From NCBI GenBank assembly GCA_010909165.1, contig VJWM01000025.1, positions 248,001 through 312,000 of the forward strand: a stretch of DNA of 64,000 bases, written 5' to 3'. This stretch comes from Anthoceros angustus (lineage: Eukaryota > Plantae > Anthocerotophyta). The translations under genes and the position numbers were made by a program. Below, in pieces: positions 13,111 through 26,300 of the stretch (position 1 is its first letter; every line of letters begins with the position of its first letter). The notes below the pieces were generated by a model that saw nothing but the letters and a program-made list of their open reading frames with translations, ran no database searches and was not told the DNA's origin.

Positions 13111-14849
13111 GGTAAATAACCTAAGGAGAGCATTGGGAGAGCGAGACCTCAGAAAGGAAAAAAGAAAGACCTTGGCCTTTGGAGAACCCGCTTATATAGG
13201 CCAAAACCATTCTCCTCTCGGGCGCTCTCGCCAAACCTAATTTGAATTAACCTAACATTCCAACCGAATCCAAACCTACCGAGCCACGATTCACCGGCCA
13301 CTGCCAAACCTAGTGACATTCCAAACCTAGCCTCCAACCTCAAAGGGAGCCGGCGTCATGCCAGCCACGCACACATACCCTTGAAGATCGAACCATCTAG
13401 AACCCGGTTTAAACAACTTAACTCCTTACCGCCATTCTCCTCTCCCCGCCAGCGATCACGATCTGCGCCGCATCTCTTGACTTACTTTGGCTCGGTCGCT
13501 CCTCATCGCCCACTCTTCCCGCTATGGCGCCCCACTCCCGCCGATCGCCCATCTCCCCATCGCCACCGTGTTTGTGAAGTCCTTGCGCATCCACTCAAGA
13601 GTTTTTTGGGACTGTGGTTCAAGCTCCTCCACCGCGCCCGGAGCTACGCTTTTGCTTGATTCAGTGCATCCCTTCCAGTTCGCTTTGATTCGTCGCTTTC
13701 ATGTTGTACCTCCTTCGCTACGCCAAAGACGTCCGCCGTGGCTATTGAGCTGTCCACGACCCACATCGTTCTCATAGGATCTCCTCCGCCGCTGGTGATC
13801 CGATCCGCCGAGTTTCTGGGTGCCTTTGCACAAGGGTTAGAAAAGTTCTCTTGTGGGTTATGGTGCTCTTCCTTTGTTCCCACCGTCGATCACCCGTCTT
13901 GTGTCAACACGCTACCGCCGGACTGTGTGGAGTTGCTAAGTTGCTCTCTTGGTCTTGTTTTTCTCTGTCATTGTTTTACTACATGCCTTGTCCGTTCTTA
14001 CCCACATGGCTTGTCCTGCCAGTTCCACTCTCCTTGTGCGTCTCGACTGCATCCAGCATTTTTTTCACGGTTGCTTGGTATTTCGAGGTGTAAGCCGAGA
14101 GGCTCTTTGCCATAGTTGTCACACGAAGCTACCTCTTTTTCGTGTTGGCGCATGTGACGATTACTCAAGTTTCACGACACTTAAAAGGACCAAGTTTGTA
14201 AATCTCTTGGTCACCTCACATCCCACTAGTTGGGCATGATTGGTAAACGGCATGGAGTTTTGATGGGCTAGTGTTTTCAATCACACATTTGTCATGCACT
14301 TAATAAACTCACCTCTCATCTCCGGAATTGAGCCAAAGGTCACGCAAGAAGGCGCCATCCTAGTGTACGTCCGTCACAATAATTCTATGGTCATTTCAAC
14401 GACGTGTCGGAGGGTTCTACAGGAAACTAATGAATGATTGGGTTGACGGAAGCAGAGGTAAGGGGTTCGTCTAGCAAAAGAGTCTCGTTCTTGAAGTCTT
14501 TTCAGAACATAACTATCCCTGCGTAAAACATGAATCTTTTGTGCAGAGTTTGAGAACATATTCGCGCTTGTTGCTTCCAACAAGTTACTGGATTGGTGAT
14601 GACGAACAGTTTTTAACAAAATTCTGATGCAGGATCTTGCGGACAATTGGTTTCGCGTGAAGCGTCGGACACGACGTATCGTGGACGTAAGTAATACCTT
14701 GCAACGCTGTCGCTTTGCGCAATGCGTCTGTCGCGGATTGTGGTCCACTAGTGTGTTCGATGGCTTTTCATTTGAATGATGGAATCGACAACGCAATAAC
14801 GATTTTCAAATCCAAGAAGGTACTTGATTGCTACATGTATTATCGTTTC

Positions 14850-15093
14850 TTACTTTGCTTGCTTTTACTTTGCTACTTTGCTACTTTACTTTTACTTTTA
14901 CTTACTTTTACTTTTGTCTACTGCTACTTTTGCAACTTTTACTTTTACTCTTACTTTGTTACTTTACTTTTACACTTTTACTTTTATCTACTACTTTACT
15001 TTGCTACTCTATTTTGCTACTTTACTTTTACTTTTACTTTTACTTTAACTCTTACTTTGTTACTTTACTTTTACTTTTACTTTTACTTTTACT
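14850..15093. repeat. Degenerate (TTTTAC)n/(TTTAC)n microsatellite
   Basis: Direct reading, e.g. TTTTACTTTTACTTTTAC. Confidence 0.95.
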
Positions 15094-15299
15094 ATCTATT
15101 GTCAACCCCGCAGACAGAACTCACATGACGCCACCCGTGAGCGCCATTCGGACAAATTACTTCCCACCCATGGGGATCCAGGATATGACGCTAACGCAGT
15201 TTGAACCACCACTGGAGATCGAAAGATCGTAGAAAAAGGTATTCGTGAAAAATGATTGCCGTTAGTCCTGTATATTCTTCTCGCTGGTCGAGTCTAACA

Positions 15300-16679
15300 A
15301 AACCCGTGGTTTCCTCTGCGAGCACATAATGTTCTCTGTGATGGACAAACAAGACCTCAAGCATCTTTGAGATGCCCGCCCAGCTTGAATAAGATAAAGA
15401 AGGTAAGCACTTTTCCTATTTCATAAACTTGATCTAAGTATGCTAATCCAAAATCTTAACCCTAAATTTATCTCTCAGGGATATAAAAAGAACCTTCAAC
15501 AACAAACAATTGAACCGGAACGACACACTTGTGGAAAGGTTTAATGGACACCGATTTCAATGCAAACAATGTTGAGGGATATCAAAGTTCCATCCAGATC
15601 GAGGTAATCAAATTAACATTCATACCTTCTTTGCTTCTTCACATTTACCTTCTTTTACTTGCGCATAACTTGGCATTCTGAATCTTTGGAAAACAAGTCG
15701 CCGCAAAAATATAAAGGACAAAGTCGATGAGATTGACAACAACATTGACAACGGCCATCTCCAATCGTGTACACAAAATGTATTTTGTATTTAATTTGTT
15801 TTAATATGATTTTGGTTTAAGAAAGTAATGATTTTGGTTTTGATCGTGCAAAAGAGAAAAATAGATGACTTCATGGAGAATGGACCAACTTCGGGCCACA
15901 AGAGTTCACCGAGTTTGGAAAGTGGATGAGCAATTTTCAATATCCACCACTTTTTCAAGACTTTAACCAAGTATCCGCAATTTGGGAGCATAGTCTAAAA
16001 GAGCAAGTAGCCCATCTTGAATGAAGATGGGTCCAACCCAACATTCGAGCAAGACAGAGATCCAAGCAAGTAAGTAAAACTCCTCTTTCTATTTTTTTAC
16101 ATATAACTCTATGTAATGTAATTCGTATGCATTGAATGCGTAGATAGGGGCAGCAATTGAAAATAAGGAGTTGAAAACGCAGACTTGTTGTCTCTCATGG
16201 AAGAACCAGACAACTAAAAATATTCAAAAGGTACATGTTTGAAAGATAATATCCGCTTGCATTCCAAGATGAATTCTAATGTTTTATGTTTCTTCGTAAC
16301 ATACGATCACATTTCCGCAGTGTGGAATCTTCACAAGACGTGTTTAACGCTTGTAAAAGGTATATGCAAAGAAAGATCTTCTCCGAATTGAAATGGAGGT
16401 AAATGACTAATTACTTTTACTTTTGTTTGTAGTTATCGGAGAATCAAAAACGAGTTGTTTTCACTCTTTGAGGTGAGTACTAAAGTTAAAACAATATGTT
16501 TTATATATGAATTCGACAATGGTTTAAATTGCAGAAATATTCACGCTTGGATGAAATATTCGAAATGATTATACATTTATCTGGACCATACAATCAGCAG
16601 CTCAAAAAGTACTATTCTGAAGAGAAGGCAGAACCGGAACCATTTTACACTCCATCTACTCCAATAGAAGATGAGTAGA
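15300..16679 (+). CDS. AT-rich multi-exon gene or pseudogene of unknown function, probably TE-associated
   Basis: Several short GT..AG introns (AAG|GTAAGC ~15403, GAG|GTAATC ~15604, CAA|GTAAGT ~16069, AAG|GTACAT ~16231, GAG|GTGAGT ~16472); last exon reads KYSRLDEIFEMIIHLSGPYNQQLKKYYSEEKAEPEPFYTPSTPIEDE*. Confidence 0.45.
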
Positions 16680-16974
16680 ATTACCAAAATCATTTGAATT
16701 ACCTTACGACAGTGGGAAAGCTAATGCTTTTACTGTGTAAAAGGATTCAAAAACGAAATGACAGAAAGAAAAATGACCGTAAGAGAGAGAGAATGACATA
16801 TAAGCCGGGTGGTTTAGGCACCAAGTCTATATGCACTCGCCCCCGCCTGCCTGCAGCTGAGTTGCTCCCCTGCACTCTACCGCCTCACGCCAGGTGGAAC
16901 GGACGCCGGGCGATGCAGAACGGTCTCGCCTCACGCCTACCGACTGCTCGCCGTGACGCCCGTCCGCTCCCTAA

Positions 16975-18500
16975 TACAAGCATGGCAGAGCTAAAAACCA
17001 TTGACGGAGAGACCAATGCTCGTAAGACCCAACTTTGACAAACTTTTCATCTTATATACGGACCGGAGGCCGGATTGGAGCAAAGGTTGGCACAAGCAGA
17101 TGAAGAGAGGGAAGGAGCGGGTTGTCGCGCATGAAGTAGGTCCAACAATACAACAGGCAAATTATTCGTCCTATGAAGGCGAATGCTTAGCAAGCAGGGC
17201 GTGTGTTGCATTTGTATTTGTTTGACTGAGCCCATTCATTTTGACCATCACCATCATACATTGGCTAATGACGAACATGGTCGAGCGGAAAGCTTGCTAG
17301 GTGGGCACTCGCTTTTAATACACAAATCGTGCATCGAAAGGTGCAAGGTGCATCTCAATGCCGATGGCTCACGGTGAACCCAGGTGTGTAACAAAAGAGA
17401 TATGAGCAAGGCCGCGACTGGACTCACACAAAGTTTGCCCGGCTTTTACATGGCATTAATGTCCGTCGAAGAAAAAGGTGGAGGCAACTGGCTGAAGGAG
17501 GGCGAGACATATGGAAACACCAGAAGCCAAAGCCATGCAGGGCATGAACGGCATTTGGACATGGTCACGCCAAGAAACTACACAAAATAAGCCGCAGTTA
17601 CTCGGACGGTGTATCGTAAACGATCACGTGGATTCTCAAAGAAGTTCCATTTATGGAAGAAGCGGTCGGTGACCAAGGTGCATAAACGCTACTTTGGTGT
17701 TAAACTGGACGATCACATGCTTAAGAACACATACTGTCCGTATGTATACGACGTGGAGAAGGTGGTTATAAGTCGCGCCGCTTGTGATGCCAGAAAGGCT
17801 GTGTTTAATGTCAAGATGTCATGCCGCACTCATTACCTATCGTGGGGCTTTTCTTCGATGGTCCGTAGACTTGATGCCCGAATGTCAGGTTACCAAGCAG
17901 GCAATCGACCTGTATGCTCATGATAGAACACTTTTCAAAGTGGGTTGAGCTGGCCTTCCTTCCGGTCGGAGCTCACGCGACACAGACGAGCCTTCTTGCA
18001 GTGTGTTCTTAGTAGGTATGGGAGTTGTCAAGTATTGACACTGTGGCAATGAATTCGAGGTGAGTTTCAAGCGCCGCTGGCCGTAGCGATTGATCACAAG
18101 GACATCACGAGATCATCCACAAGTACGGGTTGGCGGAGCGTTGGTTCAAACCTTCAAGGATTCGCCGCAAATCATGCGAAGTTGAGCCTAGTTGTTGGGA
18201 TGAGTTGCGCCATATGTGGCATTGGGTTACGGATAAGCGTCGCGCCTTGGGTAACTTGCCCATATTACATCATGTTGATCAGCGTGATGCCAAACATTGT
18301 GGCGGACACATACTCCAAGCGAATCGGGCAGGGATCCCGAGGTGTGCCTTTGAGTTGCAACAGAGCGGTTATTCCAACGGGTAATGCCAATGGCGATGGA
18401 CAATCTGGCCATAGCACCACCGATCAACTTAGGTATGTTTCACAAGAGTGGTTCGTGGAAACCAAAAGCAAGAAAGTTTGAAGTGGGAGATTTCGTGTAT
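16975..18500 (+). pseudogene. Ty3/gypsy RNase H and integrase, frameshifted
   Basis: RPMLVRPNFDKLFILYTD...GKERVVA...NYSSYEGECLA (RNase H); VH..YFGVK...DVEKVV...CDARKA (HHCC zinc finger); IEHFSKWVEL, GNEF, IDH..SRDHPQ..GLAER (integrase core). Confidence 0.88.
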
Positions 18501-18694
18501 TTACAGCATCGACCGTCCGCACCTTAGGCGTCGACAATTGCTAATTTTACGCGTAGCGTGTCGGAGAGCAGGTGTAATTGAATTGAGGGGGGGATGGTCG
18601 CCGATGCAAAGAGCATGCGCATCCGGGCGCCTTGTCACCTCCCAACCTTGACACAAGGACGCAACCACAAGCGTGGAGGCCACCGGTTGACCTA

Positions 18695-18827
18695 TGCGGT
18701 TCTTGTGGCCATCACGCATCCCCTGAACTAATGCTCCTCCGCGACCAAAGGTAACGTGGGTATCACATCTTTGTTGCGTCCACCGCTCAAAGAGATTCCG
18801 GATGGAGATTGGTTTTGCCATCGGTGC
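18695..18827 (+). pseudogene. PHD finger (C4HC3) at the C-terminus of the gypsy integrase, degenerate
   Basis: CGSC-GHHASPELMLL-(R)DQ(R*)-RGYHIF / LRPPLKEIPDGDWFCHRC; preceded by APCHLP at ~18628. Confidence 0.8.
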
Positions 18828-20344
18828 CTTCACAATTCGAGCTGGGAGCTCCGCATGTCACCGAGTCGGGCTCGCCACAAGAAATTAGGGTTACCCACAA
18901 AAGCCCGGTCGTCGTTGTCCGGCAATACGCGCTGGCGGTGTGGAGAGTGAAGGGGTGGCGGGTGACAGGGAGAGTGTGAGATTTGTTGAAGAACCGGGCC
19001 CTTGTCTAAAGTGGGGTTCGGGTCGTGTGGCGGTGGTGAAGGACAAAGGCGGTGGAGTGGCAAGAGGTCTTGGGGACGAAGAAGCAAGCGGCGCCGGGTC
19101 AAAGCCCAACTGAGGATTGCACAACTCGTGAGGATTGTCGTACGCCAACAAGGCGCATCCGATCCTAAGGAGCGCAGTTAGCGAAAAGGGTAAAGGCGGC
19201 GAAGCATCGATTGGTGCGATTCGTGTTTCAAGACGTGGCGTATCCGCGCTTGTCAGATCTCCATGTTCGTTGTAGAGCGGTGAAGGCCTAGCTAACGGTG
19301 AGAGCGTGGGAGGTTTCCGTCGGTGAAGAGTTGTTAAGGCGCCATGGTGCGAAAGCGTCGACATTCATTCACGCGCGTGGTTCCGTTTGCTACGCTAAGG
19401 AATTGACTCATGCAGGTGTCACCGATTGCCAAGAGGGGCACGCTGCTGTTCGGTCCGCTAGGCTTGGGGTCGCATGTGCTGTAACCGCCTACCTTCGTGA
19501 GGATAGTTGGCTTATCCAGAGGCGGATTACACACTGCAAAACTTGCTTTGAAAGACGCGGCATAGTGTTCCTCAATTTCAATGTCCTTGGGAGGACAAGT
19601 GGCGGGTTCCGGTCCGCAAATACAATCCAGAAAACCGGAAGGCCGTAAACATTCTTGGAGCCTAAGCGTTTTTGCTATATGTGGAGTCTCATCATGAGAC
19701 ATGTAACATCGAACTTCCGTATGATCACGGATTTGTTTGAGCTTGCGGTATGAATAGACAAACATTTGTCCGGACCGATTCTGAGGGAGCGTTTGAAAGT
19801 TGGAGCATCACCTATTCATGCACCAGTTTTTGATCCTCAAGAAGGATTTCGTTTACAAACAACAGAAAGAAACGCCGACGCATGATTTGAAAGTGTGGCT
19901 CACCACTTGCATCGGAGAAAGCGGGCGGTATGCCATTGGCTACCCAAGGGCCTTTATCTATTTACATGTCTACGACGGGGATTACGATGGGATGAACCGA
20001 CTTCAATCGGTACTTGTTAAATAACAATGTTGGCGATTTCTTGCGTGCTCGGTGTTGAAAACAATACTACGTGAATGGGTTGAATGGACCAGTCTTGCTG
20101 TAAGCGAGCTCGGCGGTGGCGAAGAAGGCGATGGCTCGTCATCGCGAGCTAGAGAAGCGGCGGGAAAAGCAATTGGGCAGTACTTGATCTCAAGAAGCGG
20201 GTGGCCGCCTTGTTGTTGGGTCGCATGAGCATGAGCGACCCTTCAACCCCCATTACGATAGCATGTTTGAAGATTTTATCGTAGGTTCTATGGATTTGAA
20301 TGCCAAAAGTGCTGCTCCGCGAATATCATAATAGCTCTTTTAAT

Positions 20345-21495
20345 GCCGGCAACCTGCTTTGTTAGCCCTGTCGATTTGTCTTAATCGTGGTTGTGAGTGC
20401 AATTTCATCTTGATTAGCATGGCACATGGCCCCTTGTCATGAGCGCTTATCACCAGCGACTGTCATGACACGGCGTGGAGCATCTGAATGTCGGGTTAAT
20501 GTGTGTATGTGCACCATGCGCGTCGGCATGGTATGTGTTCTGTGAGCATGTATGTCGTGCGATATGTGTGTGTGTGGCGTGTGTGAAGACAAGGGCATCA
20601 AGGGAACGAATCGATTGTGAGTCACGGCATTATTGCCCAAACGCAGCCGGCATGGGCAATATGCGCGATTCGGATTAATCGGCGCCCGCGCGGGCGCCCG
20701 CGATTCAGCGAACGCCGAAAAGTGCGTAGGTAGATAAAGGGGCATAGGTCACGTGAAAATCGGATTGCCGATGTTTGTTCGATTGAGCAGCGACCATACG
20801 GATTCCCAAAGGGTTCTTCTCGCGGATGAAGCTTTGCAAGGGACATGTTGACGGGTTTGTGCACGGACAGGGGCTCTCATTTGCTTCGCTCAAGACCTTT
20901 GCCGCTTTGTTAGCCCGATGTCTGATTTGTCTTAATCGTGGTTGTGAGTACAATTTCGCCTTGATTAGCATGGCATGGCCTTGTCATGGCGCTTATGTCT
21001 TACATGTGACAAAGTTGCAAGACCGGCTTCTCAAAGTACACCGCCCGCTTTGTTGGGGACTTCCAGGGAGTCATGCCAGGAGGAGGGCTCCTGCAAAGCG
21101 GCCCGGCATGGGAGGCCGCTAGCATCATTGCCGAGCCCGAGCTCTCACTTCTTGCATGCTCATTTCTTGGTACTTGTCTTCAACCATGGCTGCGCGGCAC
21201 GCCACGTGGGCCGCGCCGCCACCGCCTCGCCTGCTTGTGGCGCCCGTTGTCCAGATGGGGGCTTCGCCCGCCCGTAGCGCCATTTTCGTTGTCTACCGCC
21301 ATGGCGGTCGGTGCGCCCCGCAGCCCTCCTCCCGGCCGCCATGCCTTCTATTGTGACTCCCTCCGCCCAGGCCAGAACATGGTGTGTCCCGGCTCCATGG
21401 GCGATCACCTCGCCAGCGCCCATGTCGCCAAACACCTCAGCATGAGCTCCACTTCAAACAGCACTTGGGTTGCCGAGTGAAGCGCTCCCCAACTT
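20345..21495. repeat. Longest copy of the dispersed repeat, with an internal duplication
   Basis: Matches 1-855; the block GCTTTGTTAGCCC...GATTAGCATGGCA occurs at ~20357 and ~20905. Confidence 0.8.
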
Positions 21496-21682
21496 GCGCC
21501 CAAACTGGCGTCTCACGCTGCAATACTTTCGGTGGCAAATTATGCACGCCCCATGTACCACCGTTGGCTTTCCGCGGCCAAATTGAGCATGCATGTTACC
21601 GCCGTACGCCCGTTAACCTACCGCTTGAGTCCCAGCTGCTGGTTTCGATTTATTCTACGCCGCCTTCTTACACGGCGCGCGC

Positions 21683-23300
21683 CTATAAATAGGAAGAAAA
21701 GTCCTTGGCCTTTGGACCAATCTCACATGTGCATTGCCTATGGATGGCATGCACATGGTATATATGATGATGGTTGACACGTGATGCATCGAACATTTAC
21801 CTAGATCTTTGTGCCATGCGCAATCCATGTTTGTGCATCGTGCATGTGTACGGTACTATGACACATATATAGGTGCAATAGAAATCTACATGAAAACCAA
21901 AACATAACCCAAGGAAAAGGCGAGTATGTAGTTAAGTGCATAAATACGTGAAGGCCAGGACAAATCACGATTATACATGATGTCCTACATCGGGTGTGGT
22001 GGCACTCCATCGAGAGTATATATGGGTTTCAGCTACGTGAGCTACATACATGGTTCTCAACTACCTTGCCTATCCAGACGCTATATATAAAGAAGACCTG
22101 GCCTTTGACTGCTGTGATGGTTGCCCATGGTATGTATCCATGATGGATGGTTGGCATGCGTGTGTGAACATGTACCTAATCTATCGTACACCATCTGTGC
22201 ATGTTTGTGATGCACGGTACTGTGACACATATATAGGTCTGCGAATCTATATAGAAAATACCAAAACTAACCCGAGGAAAGAAGGGCGGTAGGTTGTTAA
22301 GTGCATAAATATCAATTGTTCGAGGCCAAGGACAAGTGTACGATTATACCTAGTGCCTACCATCGGGTGTCAGGTGGCACTTCATCGAGAGTCTCCCGGT
22401 GGGTTTTGCCTATATATGTGGGCTACCCAGCCATGGATTTCCAACTACATGCTACTTGCCTATCCCTGCCCTGCCTGCCTATATATAGGATGAAAAATCC
22501 TTGGCATTTGGACCAATCTGTCATGTGCATTGCCCATGGATGGCATGCACATGGTATGTATGCATGATGGATGGTTGGCATGCGATGTGTCGAACATTTC
22601 TACGTAGATGCTGTGTCATGGCACAATGAACCTTCGTGCATCGTGATGTTTGTGATGCACGGTGCTGTGACACATATATAGGTCTGTGAATCTATATAGA
22701 AAAAACAAAAAATTCATAACCCAAGGAAAAGGGCGAGTAAGTTGTTAAGTGCATAAATATCATTTGTTCGAAGGCCAAGGACAAGTTCGATTATATATAG
22801 ACATAGAGTGCCTACCATCGGGTGTCAGGTGGCACTTCATCGAGAGTTTCCCGGTGGGTTTTGCCTATATATGTGGTCTCCCCAGCCATGGATTTCCAAC
22901 TACGGCCGGCTCTACCCACCTATGCTTATATAGGATGAAAATCCTTGCATTTGGACCAATGTGTATGATTGCGGATCATAATGGATGCATGATGGATGGT
23001 TGGCATGCGATGTGAACCTTTCTCTTTTTTGTTCATGGCACAATGAACCTATGCATCGTGATGTTTGTGATGCACTGCACATATAGTCATGGTCTATAGA
23101 AAATACTTAAAAACCCCAAGGAAAAGGACTAGTAAGTTGTTCATTGCATACATATTGTTTGTTCGAAGGCCAAGAATAGGTATGATTATAAATACACCCA
23201 AAGTGCCTACCATCGGGTGCGAGGTGGCACTTCATTTAGAGTCACTGGTGGTTTCAGCCTATATATGTGGGCTAGCCAACCTATGATTCTTCGACTGTAC
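21683..23300 (+). repeat. Tandem satellite array, about four diverged units of ~400-440 bp
   Basis: Units start near 21683, 22081, 22478 and 22923; shared motifs include GGATGGCATGCACATGG, ACACATATATAGGT, AACCCAAGGAAAAGG, AGGCCAAGGACAAG and GGTGGCACTTCATC. Confidence 0.85.
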
Positions 23301-26300
23301 ATGTTTGTGTGAATGGATAGGCAGCCATATGGTCCTCCTCTTCCTCTTCTCCTTTGGGAACCGCATTGTCTAGTGGAGCATAGGCATGTGCGTGGGACTG
23401 CGACAATGGTCGCTGACTTCTTCCGTAGCTACATGTTTGCGATTCATCGTGCTGGTCGCCGCTATCCGTCGCAGTAGTCGAGGTTTCGTCCTTTGCGGCC
23501 GCATAAAGATAATGTCATGAACTATCGACCATTCGCGAAAATACCTTCAAGGTCCATTCATGTTTGGGTAGAAAATCCATTCCACATACTACGGTGCCTT
23601 TGTCACCTGCGCATATACACGAAGAAAGTCCACATTTGGCCCAATCGATGACGAAAAATACTCAACGGCTTTGGACATGTCCCATCGGCAATGAAGGGAA
23701 AAAAACTCCTTTGCACTTGGACCAAGCCGTGATTCAATGAAGTGAACAAAGTCATTTGCCTTGAACATTAAAACTTGATGGATGTGTATAAAAGTGCCCT
23801 TGCTACCGCCATTCCACAACCACTCTTCCACTCGCGATCGCGACATTGCTATTATGACAGCGCATCGCCACCGGGCAAGTTCACAATTATGCCGGTGATT
23901 GCGGCGGTATCACAATTGCACCTCTTTGGAGGCCATTCCCTGCGTTCGCCCGTCAGCTCGCCTTGCCATCCACCTCCGGCAAGGACCTTCCTCCCACCGC
24001 ATAAGGCGCACAGCGGCTGCCGACGGATGGTGTGCGGCGTGGTGCTCATGATGATGCACCAAAGCGCCTTCCCTCCGCATCCCAGGGACCGCTGCATCCC
24101 CTTCTTCCACGCGGTCAAACTCCTCCGGTCATGCCCGGCACCTCCGGGACACGATGCGATGGCCCAAACCTGTCTCATCGGTGAGCACCCGCCTGACCGA
24201 CCGCACTTCCACGTCGCACACTTCTGCTGATTGTCTTCTTCATTGCGCGCTATCGCATCCAATGTCTGACAAGAACTTTGAGCTGTCCACCCTCGGATTG
24301 TCGCAATGAACAACCTTGCTCTCGGGATGCACCACCACCCCGATCGCCATGCGTACCGTGCACGCTCCACCGGAAGACCTTCCGCCTCAAAACCGCCACC
24401 TCTTTCCATTTCCCCATTGTGATTGTCGGGCGCCCGCGGATTGGAACCTCTGGCGCACTTCCGTTCCGCGCCATTCGACGCCCGGCGCAAATGCCACCGC
24501 CAACCCACGGTTTCGTATTATTGCGCCCGACCTTGTTTACATCCATTCTCAATTGGTGACGGAAAGCAATTCACGTCGAGGCGGCGTCTGTTCACGAAGT
24601 GCGGTTCGTCGATTTTCGTATCCGCCGCCAAACCAAGCGATGATTGCAGACGGGCTCAAAGTCTCTTCACATTAGTGCCCTCTTGTGCGGGGCCACGACA
24701 ACACAAGGAACTTGCGACCACCATGGCCTTTGCCCAGAAGTAAACTCATCGGTGATGAGAAGGTGGTGATGGCGCCGGTAGAATGACATCTCTCGGATGA
24801 TCTCCGAGAACATTTCTCTTAAGCTGCGGCGGCCTCGAATCTCACTCGCTCGCGTGCGCCTGCATCCATGCGTGGCGGTGAAGAACAGTGACACTCTCAA
24901 GCGTGCACTCCCTAGACACTCCAACATGGCCCTCTTGTCCATGTGCACCACATCGAACCCTCTCCCACCCACCCAGCGTGCACTCGGTGAATAAAAGCGG
25001 TCTGCACCTTCTTAGAATCACGCCTGCGACATGGGGCCCGTTGGTCCACATGCTTGAAAAATCCGGGAGCATGCGCCATCGGACCAGAAATCGCACTGCT
25101 TTGCTCCTCTTCGCCCCCCCGCGTTTCGATTCTTGGAGGATGGCCATGGTGTGGGTGGGTTGTCAACATATCCGTCTTAAAAGCCCTCTTCAACGTCCTC
25201 TGTGCCCGCATCCTTCCACTCCTTGTACCGCCATCCTTTTGGCTCCCTAGTGCGTCTTGTGTGGCAAATGTCATGGGACGACTCACCTCAATGCCATTTG
25301 CCGGCATGTAGGCGGTGGCGAAGAACATGGCACTGAGGCATCTGCCGTCGTCGGCCTGCACATTTGCATCAATTGACCAAATATCTTACCATGCTGCGTA
25401 GGGGTCGGATGCACTCACATGGGCGATGTGGTAATGTGTAGCACAGCGTTGCGTTGAACACGCCGTCCACAAATGAGGCGACTCAGTACTTCGAGCCTCG
25501 ATGCGTCGTAGGCCGCACTCCTTATTCCAACCTCGTGGACTACACATCCCCTTGTCCGTGCAGTGCACTCTAAGCGGTGGGAAAGGTCCCCCCTCCCACC
25601 CGGCCTTGTCGAGCAGTTGTTGGCACTCCATGCCCGCCTCAACTGCAATCACCAAAGCCGTTCGAACCCCATCAGTGCCCGGCTGCAATTAATGGCATCG
25701 CACTCACGGAGGTTAGGATGTCCTCGAATCGCCGCTCCACTCGTTCGGACGGACATCAGCCTTCTCGGTCCGTCATGCAAGCGTGCGGCATCGTCGCTTC
25801 CTCTCGCTGAATGCCCAGCGCCCGGCGTCCGTTCTTTCTCCGCCTTCCTCTGCCTCTGCTCTGAGCCACTGCGGTGGTGATCGCCTCATCCATCATGCGA
25901 ACCTCAAGTTGGTGCTTTGTTCGCGTTATGCAACTCTTCCGCCGTCATGGGCGAAGGTCTAGTCGGTCGTCCATGTCCTCGAAGGCGCGCAGCCCGGCGG
26001 AGGCGCTGCGTGCGAAGAACCCTACGGATGGTGGCGATGTCGAACATTTCCAGGCCGTCCATGCCTTGGACCACCATCGGATGGCGAGCCCTTCCGTTGG
26101 TACTGCGCCTTGTCCACGAGATGTTGCAGCCTTGCAAGCGCGCCTTGCTCCGCGATCGCCATTCTTTCTCCGCAAGTGACCCAAAATTTGAAGAAAAGAA
26201 CCTCTCGCCTCGATGGCTGCCCCGCGCCCGCTGCCTTCCCACTGCGGTGGTGTGTGCGGAGCTCTTCCACAACTAAGAAGGTCCGTTGCCATGCCTCGAG

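Noticed and set aside
19100-20050. Possible DIRS-type RNase H/methyltransferase motifs (GGFRS, TDLF, EGAFESW)
   Set aside because: Scattered across frames with no YxDD or tyrosine-recombinase signature; too weak to call.
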